Shown: one piece after another, positions 10,178 to 19,740 of the stretch
Layout of the letters: each line of letters begins with the position of its first letter
Position numbering within the stretch: the first letter of the stretch is position 1
Assembly: GCA_963676795.2 (NCBI GenBank)
Contig: CAXXTB010000001.1
Location: 1,248,001-1,312,000, forward strand
Direction: 5' to 3'
Length of the DNA stretch: 64,000 nt
Origin: Geopsychrobacteraceae bacterium
Lineage (GTDB): Bacteria; Desulfobacterota; Desulfuromonadia; Desulfuromonadales; Geopsychrobacteraceae
Position numbers and translations under genes: made by a program
Notes under the pieces: generated by a model
What the model saw: the letters and a program-made list of their open reading frames with translations, nothing else
Database searches by the model: none
What the model was told of the DNA's origin: nothing

Positions 10178-10996
10178 ATGAGTGAAAAAATAAAAATACT
10201 CTGCGTTGACGATGAACCGAATATTCTCAAAGGTTTTGCGCGCCTTTTTCGTAATCGTAGCGAGTACGAGCTGCATGTCGCCAATTCCGGTGCGGAAGGT
10301 CTCAAAATTCTGGAAGATGTCCCCGGAATCAGAATAGTCATCTCCGATTATCGTATGCCGTCGATGACGGGGGGCGATTTTCTGAACGAGGTTTGCACCA
10401 GGTGGCCTCAGACGTCCCGCATTATCCTCTCCGGCTATGCCGATCCGCAGTATATTCTGGAGGCCATCAATAAAGGGCACATCTACAGTTTTCTTCCCAA
10501 GCCGATGAGCGATGATGCCCTGATGTCGACTATTTCGGCGGCGTTGCAGCACCAGTTTCTGGTTCAGGAGAATTCCCGGCTCACTTCGGCTCTGAAGGAG
10601 AGCAATCGTGAACTGGAAGAGCTGAATCACAAACTGGAGGAGCAGGTTTCCGCCAGGACCGAAACCCTGGAGATCCGTAACCGTGTGCTGCAGATCGCCC
10701 AGGGAGTGCTGGATGTTCTGCCGGTCGTGGTCTTCGGCATCGATCCTGAGGATATGGTCGTCTGCTGTAATGAATATGCCCGGGATTTTTTCCCCGGCGG
10801 TATGCTCGGCCCCTTCGGCATGGACCGTCGTGATGTTCTGGGCGATGAGCTCAATGCCCTGGTCGATTCTCTCGGTGACCAGACCCTGGTCGTCAGGGAT
10901 ATTGTTCATCGCGGGAAAAATTTTCATTGCGAGGTCCGCAAACTCCACGAGACCCTGACCAGGGGCATCGTCATTTCCATGCTTCCCAGAGATTGA
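10178..10996 (+). CDS. Response regulator (REC + coiled coil + PAS-like C-terminus)
   Basis: VDDE, ISDYRMP phospho-Asp, SGYAD, KP; heptad-rich linker. Confidence 0.88.
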   Translation: MSEKIKILCVDDEPNILKGFARLFRNRSEYELHVANSGAEGLKILEDVPGIRIVISDYRMPSMTGGDFLNEVCTRWPQTSRIILSGYADPQYILEAINKGHIYSFLPKPMSDDALMSTISAALQHQFLVQENSRLTSALKESNRELEELNHKLEEQVSARTETLEIRNRVLQIAQGVLDVLPVVVFGIDPEDMVVCCNEYARDFFPGGMLGPFGMDRRDVLGDELNALVDSLGDQTLVVRDIVHRGKNFHCEVRKLHETLTRGIVISMLPRD

Positions 10997-11134
10997 CAGT
11001 TGCTATGGTTGAGGCGCTGGCGTCCGGTCAAGTTGCGACCATTCATTTTTGCGTTACAATTTAACTGTTGTGCCCGATTGAAGAATTCGCTTTAATTTTT
11101 TTATGCCAGTTGCTCGTCAGATGAGGAGGGCTAA

Positions 11135-11503
11135 ATGGTGAAGCAGATACTCTTTGTTGATGATGAAGAAGCTCTGGCCCTTCTCGGTCAGGACCTGCTT
11201 TCGGAATTCGGCTACCAGGTGACCTGCGCCCACAGCGGCGAAGAGGCCCTTGAGATTTTTGAGCAGGGTGGGGAAAATTATGATCTGCTGATTACCGATG
11301 AGATGATGCCGGGGATCAGTGGTATTGAGCTGGCTCAGCAGATCTATCTGCGCAATCCTGCTCTTCCGGTTATCCTCTGTACCGGGTACTTTATGACCAA
11401 GGGGGAGGCCGGAATGGACAAGACCAATATCCAGGATGTTCTGGCCAAAACCGATGTCTGCGTCAAGCTTCCGGAACTGATTGATCGGCTGCTCGCCGAA
11501 TAG
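11135..11503 (+). CDS. Single-domain response regulator
   Basis: FVDDE, ITDEMMP, CTG, K; 122 aa; GAGGAGG RBS. Confidence 0.88.
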   Translation: MVKQILFVDDEEALALLGQDLLSEFGYQVTCAHSGEEALEIFEQGGENYDLLITDEMMPGISGIELAQQIYLRNPALPVILCTGYFMTKGEAGMDKTNIQDVLAKTDVCVKLPELIDRLLAE

Positions 11504-11522
11504 TCCGCCTGCCTCTGAAAAG

Positions 11523-11840
11523 CTATAAGAACAAAAACAGCGCGACAACTGCAGCCAGGATAATAATAACTGCTGCCAGGATAAGAACCGGCCCCCTTTG
11601 CGCGGAAGCCGGTTTTTCATTGCTGAGCTCTGCGACGACCGGAAAGCGTTCTATCACCGAGCGGACGTGGGGGGCTGTCTTCAGCTCCTCGGTCAGATCG
11701 CAACCCGCCTGATGCTTCTCATAATGGCTGCCGTATCTCCAGGAGCGGCTGCTGCTGACGTCATAAACCAGATTGCTGACAACGACATAAGCCGGGCGAC
11801 CGTCCCGACCGTCAAACTGTTTGAGTTCCTCCAGCGTCAC
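11523..11840 (-). CDS. Cytochrome b5-like heme/steroid-binding protein with C-terminal TM anchor
   Basis: TLEELKQFDG..GRPAYV..VYDVS..W..G.H...H.AG.DLT....APH pattern. Confidence 0.8.
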   Translation of the reverse strand: MTLEELKQFDGRDGRPAYVVVSNLVYDVSSSRSWRYGSHYEKHQAGCDLTEELKTAPHVRSVIERFPVVAELSNEKPASAQRGPVLILAAVIIILAAVVALFLFL

Positions 11841-11855
11841 ATGACCTCCTGCTGG

Positions 11856-13769
11856 TCAGGCCTTGAAATAGGTCTGATCGTCGAGTTGGGCGGCAAACTG
11901 TTTGAGAATCCGCTGCCGTTCGCTCACGTTGATCCGTCCGCAACGAACGGCACCTTCGATACGGCTGCGGAAGCTGTCGAAGAAGGCGGCCCGGTTGTAC
12001 TCGAGCATTTCCAGAACATCGAGCACCGAATCGGCTGACTGCTCGCGAATGACGTCAAAGCCTCCCCCTTCGCAGAGTTTGACACTGATGACGTTGGTAT
12101 CGCCGAACAGGTTGTGCAGATCTCCCAGGGTCTCCTGGTAGGCCCCCATCATGAACACGCCGAGAATGTAGTCTTCCCCCTGTTTCAGGCCGTGCAGCGG
12201 CAGGGTCGGACTTTCGCCACTGCCGATGATGAAGCGATCCAGGTTGCCGTCGCAGTCACAGGTCAGGTCGGAAATGGTCGCTCTATGCTCCGGATATTCA
12301 CCCAGCCTGTGGATCGGCATGACCGGAAACAGTTGGCCGATGGCCCAGGTGTCGGGCAGCGACTGAAAGACGCTGAAATTACCGTAGTAGATATCGGCCA
12401 GGCTGGTTCGCAGCTGTTCCAGTTCCGCCTGAGGCTCGTCCAGCTGATCAATACGGCGGCTGATAACACCTGCAATCGCCAGGAACAGATTTTCGGCCAT
12501 CGAGCGCTGGCGCAGACCGATTTCTCCCTGACGGAACAGCTCACGGATCTCATCGCGGATCTGGATGGTCTGTCGGCAGCCTGTTGTCAGTTCAAAGGTT
12601 TCCGCCTGCCGGTAGAGCTGGAACTGCGTCTCGAGCAGCGGGTGGGCATCTGTCGGCAGTTCCTGCGGCAGGCTTAAGGGGCAGAAGCGCATGACATCGA
12701 TGATGTTGAAGAACAGCATGGTGGTGTGGGCGACGGTGGCCCGCCCCGATTCAGTGACGATGACCGGATGGGCCACCTGTTCTGCATCGAGAACCTGGGC
12801 TATGGTAGAAACGATGCCGCGGCAGTAATCAAGAACGCTGTAATCGCAGGAATGGGCGACGCCGGAGCGGTTGCCGACGTAGTCGACGGCAAGGCCGCCG
12901 CCTAAGTCGATATAGCCGAGCGGGACCCCTTCCTTGCACAGTTCGGTGTAAAAGCGGCAGGCCTCACGGACCCCCGCCTTGATCTCCTCGAGATGCGGAA
13001 TCTGGGAGCCGAGGTGGCAGTGCAGCAGCTGCAGGCAGTCGAGCATCCCCTCGGTGCGCAGGCGGTCGACGGTGTCGGTCAGCTGTGCCGTGGTCAGGCC
13101 GAAGCTGCTACGGTCACCGGTGGTTTCCGTCCACAGGCCGCCGACCTTGGCCGAGATCTTGATACGCAGACCGATCAGCGGACGGATGCCCAGGGCCCGG
13201 CTGCGTTCGATGATCAGCGGCAGTTCAGCCGGGGATTCGATGACGAAGAAGCAGCGATGGCCGAGCTTCCTGGCCCACAGGCCAAGGTCGATGAATTCGC
13301 GATCCTTGTAGCCGTTGCAGATCAGCAGGCCGTTTTCGCCGAGGCTGGCCAGGCAGAGCAGCAGTTCCGGCTTGCTTCCTGCCTCCAGGCCGTGCCCGTA
13401 ACGGGCGCCGAAACGGCCGATCTCCTCGATCACCGCCGCCTGCTGATTGACTTTGATCGGGAAGACCCCGTTGTAGCGGTTCTGGTAGCTGAGTTCGGCA
13501 ATCGCCGCGCTGAAGCTGTCGTTGAGCAGGGCGATGCGTGCGTCGAGCAGGTTTTCAACCCGGACGAGAAGCGGCAGCTCATGGCCCCTGTCCTGCGCTG
13601 CCTGAATGATCTCAGGCAGCGGAACCGAAACCTCTCCGGAGTCAAACGGGACAGTCAGCTGAACATCTCCGCAATCGGTCACCGAGAAGGTCTCGCCGCC
13701 CCAGTGATCGATGCCGTAAAGACTGGCCGAATCGGCCGCTGTCCAGGTCTGGTTGTTCAGCTGTTTCAT
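11856..13769 (-). CDS. speA: Biosynthetic arginine decarboxylase
   Basis: FPIKVNQ PLP-Lys, EAGSKPE, HCHLGSQ, ESGRA, TCDCDG. Confidence 0.95.
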   Translation of the reverse strand: MKQLNNQTWTAADSASLYGIDHWGGETFSVTDCGDVQLTVPFDSGEVSVPLPEIIQAAQDRGHELPLLVRVENLLDARIALLNDSFSAAIAELSYQNRYNGVFPIKVNQQAAVIEEIGRFGARYGHGLEAGSKPELLLCLASLGENGLLICNGYKDREFIDLGLWARKLGHRCFFVIESPAELPLIIERSRALGIRPLIGLRIKISAKVGGLWTETTGDRSSFGLTTAQLTDTVDRLRTEGMLDCLQLLHCHLGSQIPHLEEIKAGVREACRFYTELCKEGVPLGYIDLGGGLAVDYVGNRSGVAHSCDYSVLDYCRGIVSTIAQVLDAEQVAHPVIVTESGRATVAHTTMLFFNIIDVMRFCPLSLPQELPTDAHPLLETQFQLYRQAETFELTTGCRQTIQIRDEIRELFRQGEIGLRQRSMAENLFLAIAGVISRRIDQLDEPQAELEQLRTSLADIYYGNFSVFQSLPDTWAIGQLFPVMPIHRLGEYPEHRATISDLTCDCDGNLDRFIIGSGESPTLPLHGLKQGEDYILGVFMMGAYQETLGDLHNLFGDTNVISVKLCEGGGFDVIREQSADSVLDVLEMLEYNRAAFFDSFRSRIEGAVRCGRINVSERQRILKQFAAQLDDQTYFKA

Positions 13770-14617
13770 TCGCTGATGTTTTCCTTGGCGAAGGTCGGCA
13801 GCATGAAGGCTCCCAGGTGCAGATCTTCGTTGTAGTAACGGGTGTAGAACGGACGCTTGGCTGCGCGTTCACGGTCAAAATCGCGGACCGGGTGGTACTT
13901 CTTGCTGGCGAAGGCGAAGCTCCAGAAACCGCTCGGATAGGTCGGGATGAAAGCCTGGTACATCTCGACAATCGGGAAAACGCTGCGCAGGTTGCGGTAC
14001 ATGTTCTTCTGGATTTCCGCGTGGTAGAAGGGGGACTCGCTCTGGGCGACCATGATGCCGTCCTCTTTCAGGGCGGAAAAGACCAGTTTGTAAAAATCTT
14101 CCTCGAACAGGCCGACGGCTGGTCCGATCGGGTCGGTGGAATCGACCATGATGATGTCGAATTCGTTCTGATGGTCACGGATATAGGCCAGGCCATCGTC
14201 GACATGCAGTTTGACGCGCGGATTGGAACCGTCGATCTCACAGGCCATGCTCGGCAGGAATTCAATCGATTTGTCGATAACCAGACCGTCGATCTCACAG
14301 AGAACCGCCAGCTCGACGTTCGGGTGCTTCATGATTTCGCGGATGCTGCCGCCGTCGCCGCCACCGATGACCAGAACCTTCTTCGGGTTCGGATGGGTGA
14401 ACAGGGCCGGGTGGGAGATCATGTCGTGATAGACAAATTCATCGCGCTCGGTGACCATGACCAGGCCGTCGAGGAGCATCATCTTGCCGTACTCCAGGGT
14501 CTCGAGGATTTCGAGCTTCTGGAATTCACTTTCGCCCGAAAACAGGCTCTTGGTCACCTTCATGGTGATGCCGACGTTTTCACTATGTTTTTCTGTATAC
14601 CAAAGATCCATAACCAT
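13766..14617 (-). CDS. speE: Polyamine aminopropyltransferase (spermidine synthase)
   Basis: VLVIGGGDGG, DSTDP, QSESP motifs; ATGA overlap with speA. Confidence 0.95.
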   Translation of the reverse strand: MVMDLWYTEKHSENVGITMKVTKSLFSGESEFQKLEILETLEYGKMMLLDGLVMVTERDEFVYHDMISHPALFTHPNPKKVLVIGGGDGGSIREIMKHPNVELAVLCEIDGLVIDKSIEFLPSMACEIDGSNPRVKLHVDDGLAYIRDHQNEFDIIMVDSTDPIGPAVGLFEEDFYKLVFSALKEDGIMVAQSESPFYHAEIQKNMYRNLRSVFPIVEMYQAFIPTYPSGFWSFAFASKKYHPVRDFDRERAAKRPFYTRYYNEDLHLGAFMLPTFAKENISE

Positions 14618-14854
14618 CTGTCCTTCTGAGCAAATATTGATTATCCGGGTCAGGCGATTTTGCCGGCCTGATCTGTTCAGCTTCTACTACCTGCGCACCG
14701 TTGTACTGTCAAGAGATATCCTGCCGACAGAATATTTTAACAATATTTCTGCGGATGAATTTTTTTCAGCGCTGTGTTAAAGATAACAGGTTTTTCATGA
14801 CGACGAATCTATTCTGATTGATATAGCTAACACACTGAAAGGACAGGTTTAAAT

Positions 14855-15667
14855 ATGGAGAGTATCGGCAAAATCGGTTTCATCGGCGGCGGCAACATGG
14901 CTGAGGCGATCATCAAGGGGCTGCTGGCCGGCGGGCTGCCGGCAGAGCGGATCATCGCTTCGGAGCCGAGTAATGAGCGGCGTCAGCATTTGACCGACGC
15001 GTTTTCCATCGCCCTGGTGGAGAACAATCTGGAACTGATGGCAGCCTGTGACCTGATTGTCCTGTCGATCAAGCCGCAGATTGCCGATGAGATTCTCGAT
15101 GAAATTTCTGGTGCTTATGATGAGAGCAAACTGCTGGTCTCGATTCTGGCCGGTGTGACCAGCGCTCATATCGAAAAATACTTTCAAGGGGCTGCGCGCG
15201 TCGTGCGGGTGATGCCGAATACTCCGGCTCTGGTCGGTGAAGGCGCCAGCGCCATCAGCCGTGGTCATCATGCCAGCAAGCAAGATCTGGAGATTGTCCG
15301 CCTGCTGTTCGAGAGCGTTGGCCGCGTCGAGGTGATCGATGAGCGGCAGATGGACGCGGTGACCGGCCTGTCCGGTTCCGGTCCGGCCTATGTCTACACT
15401 GTTATCGAGGCTCTCGCCGATGGCGGCGTCCGTGAAGGGTTGCGCCGTGATATCGCCCACGCCCTGGCTGTGCAGACGGTCGTTGGTGCCGCGCTGATGG
15501 TGCGTGAGACCGGCGAACATCCGGCGATCCTGCGTGACCGGGTCTGCTCACCCGGGGGAACGGCGATCACCGGGGTCAGTACCCTGGAGCGTAACGGTCT
15601 GAGAACGACCCTGATGGAAGCAGTCTCCGCCGCTGCGGCACGTTCCCGGGAGCTTGGTGGGAACTGA
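14855..15667 (+). CDS. proC: Pyrroline-5-carboxylate reductase
   Basis: GFIGGGNMA, RVMPNTP, GLSGSGPAY, VCSPGGT. Confidence 0.96.
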   Translation: MESIGKIGFIGGGNMAEAIIKGLLAGGLPAERIIASEPSNERRQHLTDAFSIALVENNLELMAACDLIVLSIKPQIADEILDEISGAYDESKLLVSILAGVTSAHIEKYFQGAARVVRVMPNTPALVGEGASAISRGHHASKQDLEIVRLLFESVGRVEVIDERQMDAVTGLSGSGPAYVYTVIEALADGGVREGLRRDIAHALAVQTVVGAALMVRETGEHPAILRDRVCSPGGTAITGVSTLERNGLRTTLMEAVSAAAARSRELGGN

Positions 15668-16299
15668 TGATCGACCAGGTCTGGGCCTTTCTGGTCGCGA
15701 TTACTCTGCTGACCCTGTTTCCGGGAGTTGATTCTCTGCTGGTTGTCCGGAACAGTGCTCGCGGGGGAGTGCGCGACGGTGTGGTCACCAGTACCGGGAT
15801 CTGCTGTGGACTCTTTGTCCATGCCTCACTCTCTGCCGTAGGGATGTCCGCGATTCTGCTTCATTCCGCCGTCGCCTGGCAGTTGCTCAAGCTGCTGGGG
15901 GGCGGCTACCTCATCTGGCTCGGTGTGCTCAGTCTGCGAGAGGCCTGCAAGGGGCATGCGCCCCGGGGTGCGTCTGGAGACAGTTCGACAAGGGTGTTTC
16001 GCTGGTTTCTCTCTTTTCGGGAAGGGTTTTGCTGCAACCTTTTCAATCCCAAGACCCTGCTGTTCTACATGGCCTTTCTGCCCCAGTTCATCAGCCCGGG
16101 ACGTTCGGCCATTGCCCAATCGCTACTGATGGCGGCCATCCATTTTGGCATCGCCATGCTCTATCAATCGCTGCTGGCCTGCAGTGCGGATAGGCTAAGT
16201 CTGCTGTTTCGTCGCATGCTCTGGAAACGTCTCGGTGAAAGTCTGGCCGGGTTGCTGCTTTTCGGTTTCGGCCTGCGTATCCTCCTGGAAAGGCGCTGA
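15667..16299 (+). CDS. LysE/RhtB-family amino-acid exporter
   Basis: PGVDS, NPK motifs, six hydrophobic segments; TGATG overlap with proC. Confidence 0.88.
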   Translation: MIDQVWAFLVAITLLTLFPGVDSLLVVRNSARGGVRDGVVTSTGICCGLFVHASLSAVGMSAILLHSAVAWQLLKLLGGGYLIWLGVLSLREACKGHAPRGASGDSSTRVFRWFLSFREGFCCNLFNPKTLLFYMAFLPQFISPGRSAIAQSLLMAAIHFGIAMLYQSLLACSADRLSLLFRRMLWKRLGESLAGLLLFGFGLRILLERR

Positions 16300-16301
16300 T
16301 C

Positions 16302-17537
16302 GTGCCTAACCCGACTTCCACCAAGAATTGCCGACTGCCGTTTCACTATGCCTGGCTGATCGTTATCTGCGGGAGTTTGACCCTGTTCTGCTGCTTCGGT
16401 CTGGCCCGCTTTGCCTTCGGTATGCTGCTGCCTGGTATGCGTCAGACCCTGGAGCTGTCCTATGCGCAGATGGGCTATCTCGGAACGGGAAATTTCTTCG
16501 GCTATCTGCTTTCGATTGCCGCGACGCCCTGGCTGGTCGGCCGTTTGCGGCCGCGCCTGACGATTGTTATGGGGCTGCTGCTGATCGTACTGTCGCTGGC
16601 TTTTCTGGCGGTTAGCCAGAGCTATCTGCAGGCGTTGTTCTGCTATGCCTGGACCGGCTTCGGCAGCGGCCTGGCCAATATCGCCAGCATGGTGCTGATC
16701 GCCTACTGGTTTGAACGCTCTCGACGTGGCCGGGCGGCCGGGTTGATGGTGTTGGGTAACGGAATCGGTATTATCCTTTCCGGACTTCTGGTTCCCTGGC
16801 TCTCTGGGTATTATGCCGAGGACGGCTGGCGCATTGGCTGGGGATTGGTCGCAGTGATTACCGCTGTAATTTTGTGCCTGGTCGGAGCCATCCTGCGCAA
16901 TCGCCCCGAAGCAGTTGGTGCCGCACCCTATGGGCCAAAGGAACAGTTCTCTCCCGGCCCGGTCCCTGTCAGTCATCATCCCGGCCGTATTGTCATTCAG
17001 CTGGGACTGCTCTATATGGCCTTCGGTCTGACCTATATGGTGTACGCCTCTTTCGTCGTCACCAGTATGGTTGAAGAATACGGCTTTAGTCAGTCTACCG
17101 CCGGGCAGTTCTGGTCCTGGGTTGGCTTTTTCGGAATCTTCTCGGGGGTTCTGTTCGGTATCTTGTCCGACCATAGTAGTCGTAAGGCTGGGCTGATGGC
17201 TGTCTTTGCCGTTCAGACCATCGCCTACCTGCTGGCCGGGAGCGGCTTAGGTGTTTATGCCCTCTGGGGTTCGGTTTTCTGCTACGGGATCTGCGCTTTT
17301 GCGATTCCGGCGATTATGGCGGCTGCGGTCAGTGACTACCTCGGGGTGGCCAAGGCGGCGACCGGTTTCTCGCTGATCACCTTTTTCTTTGCCGGCGGGC
17401 AGACAATCGGCCCTGCTCTTGCCGGAATTCTGGCTGAGCATTCGGGGCATTTCAGTTCGTCGTTTCTGCTTTGTGGTCTGGTGACCTTTCTGGCGGCACT
17501 GTTCTGTCTGACCTTGCCCAGGCTTTCTCATGATTAA
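16302..17537 (+). CDS. MFS transporter (YbfB/YjiJ-like)
   Basis: About 12 TM segments, GLARFAFG..LP.M, G.LSD...RK. Confidence 0.85.
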   Translation: MPNPTSTKNCRLPFHYAWLIVICGSLTLFCCFGLARFAFGMLLPGMRQTLELSYAQMGYLGTGNFFGYLLSIAATPWLVGRLRPRLTIVMGLLLIVLSLAFLAVSQSYLQALFCYAWTGFGSGLANIASMVLIAYWFERSRRGRAAGLMVLGNGIGIILSGLLVPWLSGYYAEDGWRIGWGLVAVITAVILCLVGAILRNRPEAVGAAPYGPKEQFSPGPVPVSHHPGRIVIQLGLLYMAFGLTYMVYASFVVTSMVEEYGFSQSTAGQFWSWVGFFGIFSGVLFGILSDHSSRKAGLMAVFAVQTIAYLLAGSGLGVYALWGSVFCYGICAFAIPAIMAAAVSDYLGVAKAATGFSLITFFFAGGQTIGPALAGILAEHSGHFSSSFLLCGLVTFLAALFCLTLPRLSHD

Positions 17538-17703
17538 TCAAAAAATTACGGGCTGTTTGTTGTTTGATCCGGAAACCTCTGGCTGTAATTGAGCGCAGTT
17601 CAAATAGACAGGCTGACCTGAATTTGCAGGTCAGGCCGTCACACTTTTCCTCTGTTAATCCATCAGTCACATAAACGATAAAAATGATGAAAAAAGTCAG
17701 CTT

Positions 17704-17717
17704 TTGACTTGGGTCAA
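17704..17717. promoter_or_regulatory. Crp/Fnr-family (HcpR-like) operator upstream of hcp
   Basis: TTGAC-TTGG-GTCAA perfect inverted repeat with Fnr-type N4 spacing. Confidence 0.7.
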
Positions 17718-17910
17718 TTTTTTTCTGCTATTCTTTGGTTATTCTCCTCGTACGCACAGAAACCAGGGCCCCGTTTCCTAACACTACAGCGTTTTTTCAG
17801 TGACCGGCTGATTCATGTCAGCGGTTGTGAGGAGTCAGGCTATGGGAATCTTAGATTTTTTGTTCGGTGCCAAATCACAAACGATCAACAACCTAGAGGA
17901 GGTCAATAAG

Positions 17911-19536
17911 ATGTCAATGTTCTGTTACCAGTGTGAGCAAGCGTCCAAGGGAACCGGTTGTACCGCTGTTGGTGTCTGCGGCAAGCAGCCTGAAGTTGCA
18001 GCCCTGCAGGATCTGCTGGTCTATACCCTGAAGGGAATCGCCTTCTGGGGGAACCTGGCCCGCCAAAAGGGGGCTGTAGATCAGGAGGTCGACCGTTTCA
18101 TGATCGATGGTCTGTTCGCGACGGTAACCAACGTCGATTTTGACGCCAAGGCGATCAGCGATCTGATCGGCGAGGGCGTGCGCCTGCGTGGCAAGACCAA
18201 ACAATTGGTCGGTGCCTATGAGGGGAAGGTTCCTGCCGCCGCTCAGGACTGGGTTCTGCCTGTGACCATTGAAGAACAAGAAAAACTCGGGGCTCTTCAC
18301 GGGGTCAAAGACTACAGCGTTGATGATGACATTCACTCTGTCCGTCAGATTATTACCTACGGGCTCAAAGGCTATGCCGCTTACGCCGATCATGCCCGCA
18401 TCCTTGGCAAGGAATCGGATGAGATCTATGCCTTCACCCATAAGGCACTCGCCGCCCTGCTTGACGACAGCCTCGATCTGATGGCTAACGTCAATCTGGC
18501 GCTTGAGACAGGCCGGATCAACTACGTCACCATGGAACTGCTCAACCAGGCCCATGTCGGGGCCTATGGCCATCCGGTTCCGACGAAGGTATCGCTGGGC
18601 ACCAAGGCGGGCAAGGCGATCCTGGTCACAGGTCACGACCTGAAGTTTTTGGAAGAGCTGCTCAAACAGACCGAAGGAACCGGCATCAATATCTATACCC
18701 ACGGCGAAATGCTGCCGGCCCACGGTTATCCGGGCCTGAAGAAATACCGCCACCTGGCCGGCAACTTCGGCGGTGCCTGGCAGGATCAGCAGAAGGAATT
18801 CAAGGAGTTCCCTGGGGCGATCATCTTCAACACCAACTGTATCCAGAAACCGGCTGACGAATACAAGGACCGCCTCTTCACCTGGGGACTGGTCCAATGG
18901 CCGGGCGTCAAGCATGTCGAGGGCTGGGATTTCTCAGCGGTGATCAAAAAGGCCCAGGAATGTGACGGCTTCGAGGATAACCCGGGGCAGGAGATCCTCA
19001 CCGGTTTCGGCCATAACGCTATCCTTGGTGTCGCCGACAAGGTCATCGATGCGGTCAAGGCCGGTGCTATCAAGCACTTCTTCCTGGTCGGTGGTTGTGA
19101 CGGTGCCAAGAGCGGCCGTAACTACTACACCGAATTTGTTGAGAAAGCGCCAAAGGATACCGTGATCCTGACCCTGGCCTGTGGCAAGTACCGCTTCAAC
19201 AAGCTCGACCTCGGAGATATCGGTGGTATTCCACGCCTGCTCGATGTCGGTCAGTGTAATGATGCTTACAGCGCTATCCAGGTTGCCGTCGCTCTGGCCA
19301 ATGCCTTTGAGTGCGAGGTCAACGAGTTGCCACTGTCGTTGATTCTTTCCTGGTATGAGCAGAAAGCCGTTGCGATTCTGCTGACCCTGCTCCACCTGGG
19401 AATCAAGAACATCAAACTGGGGCCAAGCCTGCCGGCGTTCATTACCCCGAATGTTCTTAACTTCCTGGTCGAGAACTACAACATCGCGCCGATCGCCGCA
19501 ACGGCTGAAGAGGATCTCAAAGCGATTCTTGGCTAA
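17911..19536 (+). CDS. hcp: Hybrid cluster protein (hydroxylamine/NO reductase)
   Basis: MFCYQCEQ..GC..VGVCGK, YTHGEMLPAH, GGCDG, GQCNDAY, WYEQKA; alternative in-frame start at 17842. Confidence 0.97.
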   Translation: MSMFCYQCEQASKGTGCTAVGVCGKQPEVAALQDLLVYTLKGIAFWGNLARQKGAVDQEVDRFMIDGLFATVTNVDFDAKAISDLIGEGVRLRGKTKQLVGAYEGKVPAAAQDWVLPVTIEEQEKLGALHGVKDYSVDDDIHSVRQIITYGLKGYAAYADHARILGKESDEIYAFTHKALAALLDDSLDLMANVNLALETGRINYVTMELLNQAHVGAYGHPVPTKVSLGTKAGKAILVTGHDLKFLEELLKQTEGTGINIYTHGEMLPAHGYPGLKKYRHLAGNFGGAWQDQQKEFKEFPGAIIFNTNCIQKPADEYKDRLFTWGLVQWPGVKHVEGWDFSAVIKKAQECDGFEDNPGQEILTGFGHNAILGVADKVIDAVKAGAIKHFFLVGGCDGAKSGRNYYTEFVEKAPKDTVILTLACGKYRFNKLDLGDIGGIPRLLDVGQCNDAYSAIQVAVALANAFECEVNELPLSLILSWYEQKAVAILLTLLHLGIKNIKLGPSLPAFITPNVLNFLVENYNIAPIAATAEEDLKAILG

Positions 19537-19556
19537 AAACTGTAGAAGTGAAATAG

Positions 19557-19592
19557 AAAAGAGGCTGTCCGTGACGGGCAGCCTCTTTTTTT
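19557..19592 (+). terminator. Intrinsic terminator after hcp
   Basis: AAAAGAGGCTGTCC-GTGAC-GGGCAGCCTC-TTTTTTT. Confidence 0.85.
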
Positions 19593-19607
19593 CAGCGTTT
19601 ATCTGGA

Positions 19608-19713
19608 ATCCCTTCTCCCATCGGGGAGAATGTGCCCCAAAGGGGCGGATGAGGGGGGGCTTTTGCCGCAAGGGTTTCCCCTCACCCTGGCCCTCTCCCC
19701 AAGGAGAGGGAAT
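19608..19713. repeat. Inverted pair of CCCTCTCCC-GGGAGAGGG REP-like palindromic units
   Basis: CCCTTCTCCCATCGGGGAGAA...GGATGAGGGG facing CCCCTCACCCTGGCCCTCTCCCCAAGGAGAGGG. Confidence 0.7.
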
Positions 19714-19740
19714 GTTCTGAGTTTTGTTCAATGCCCGATT

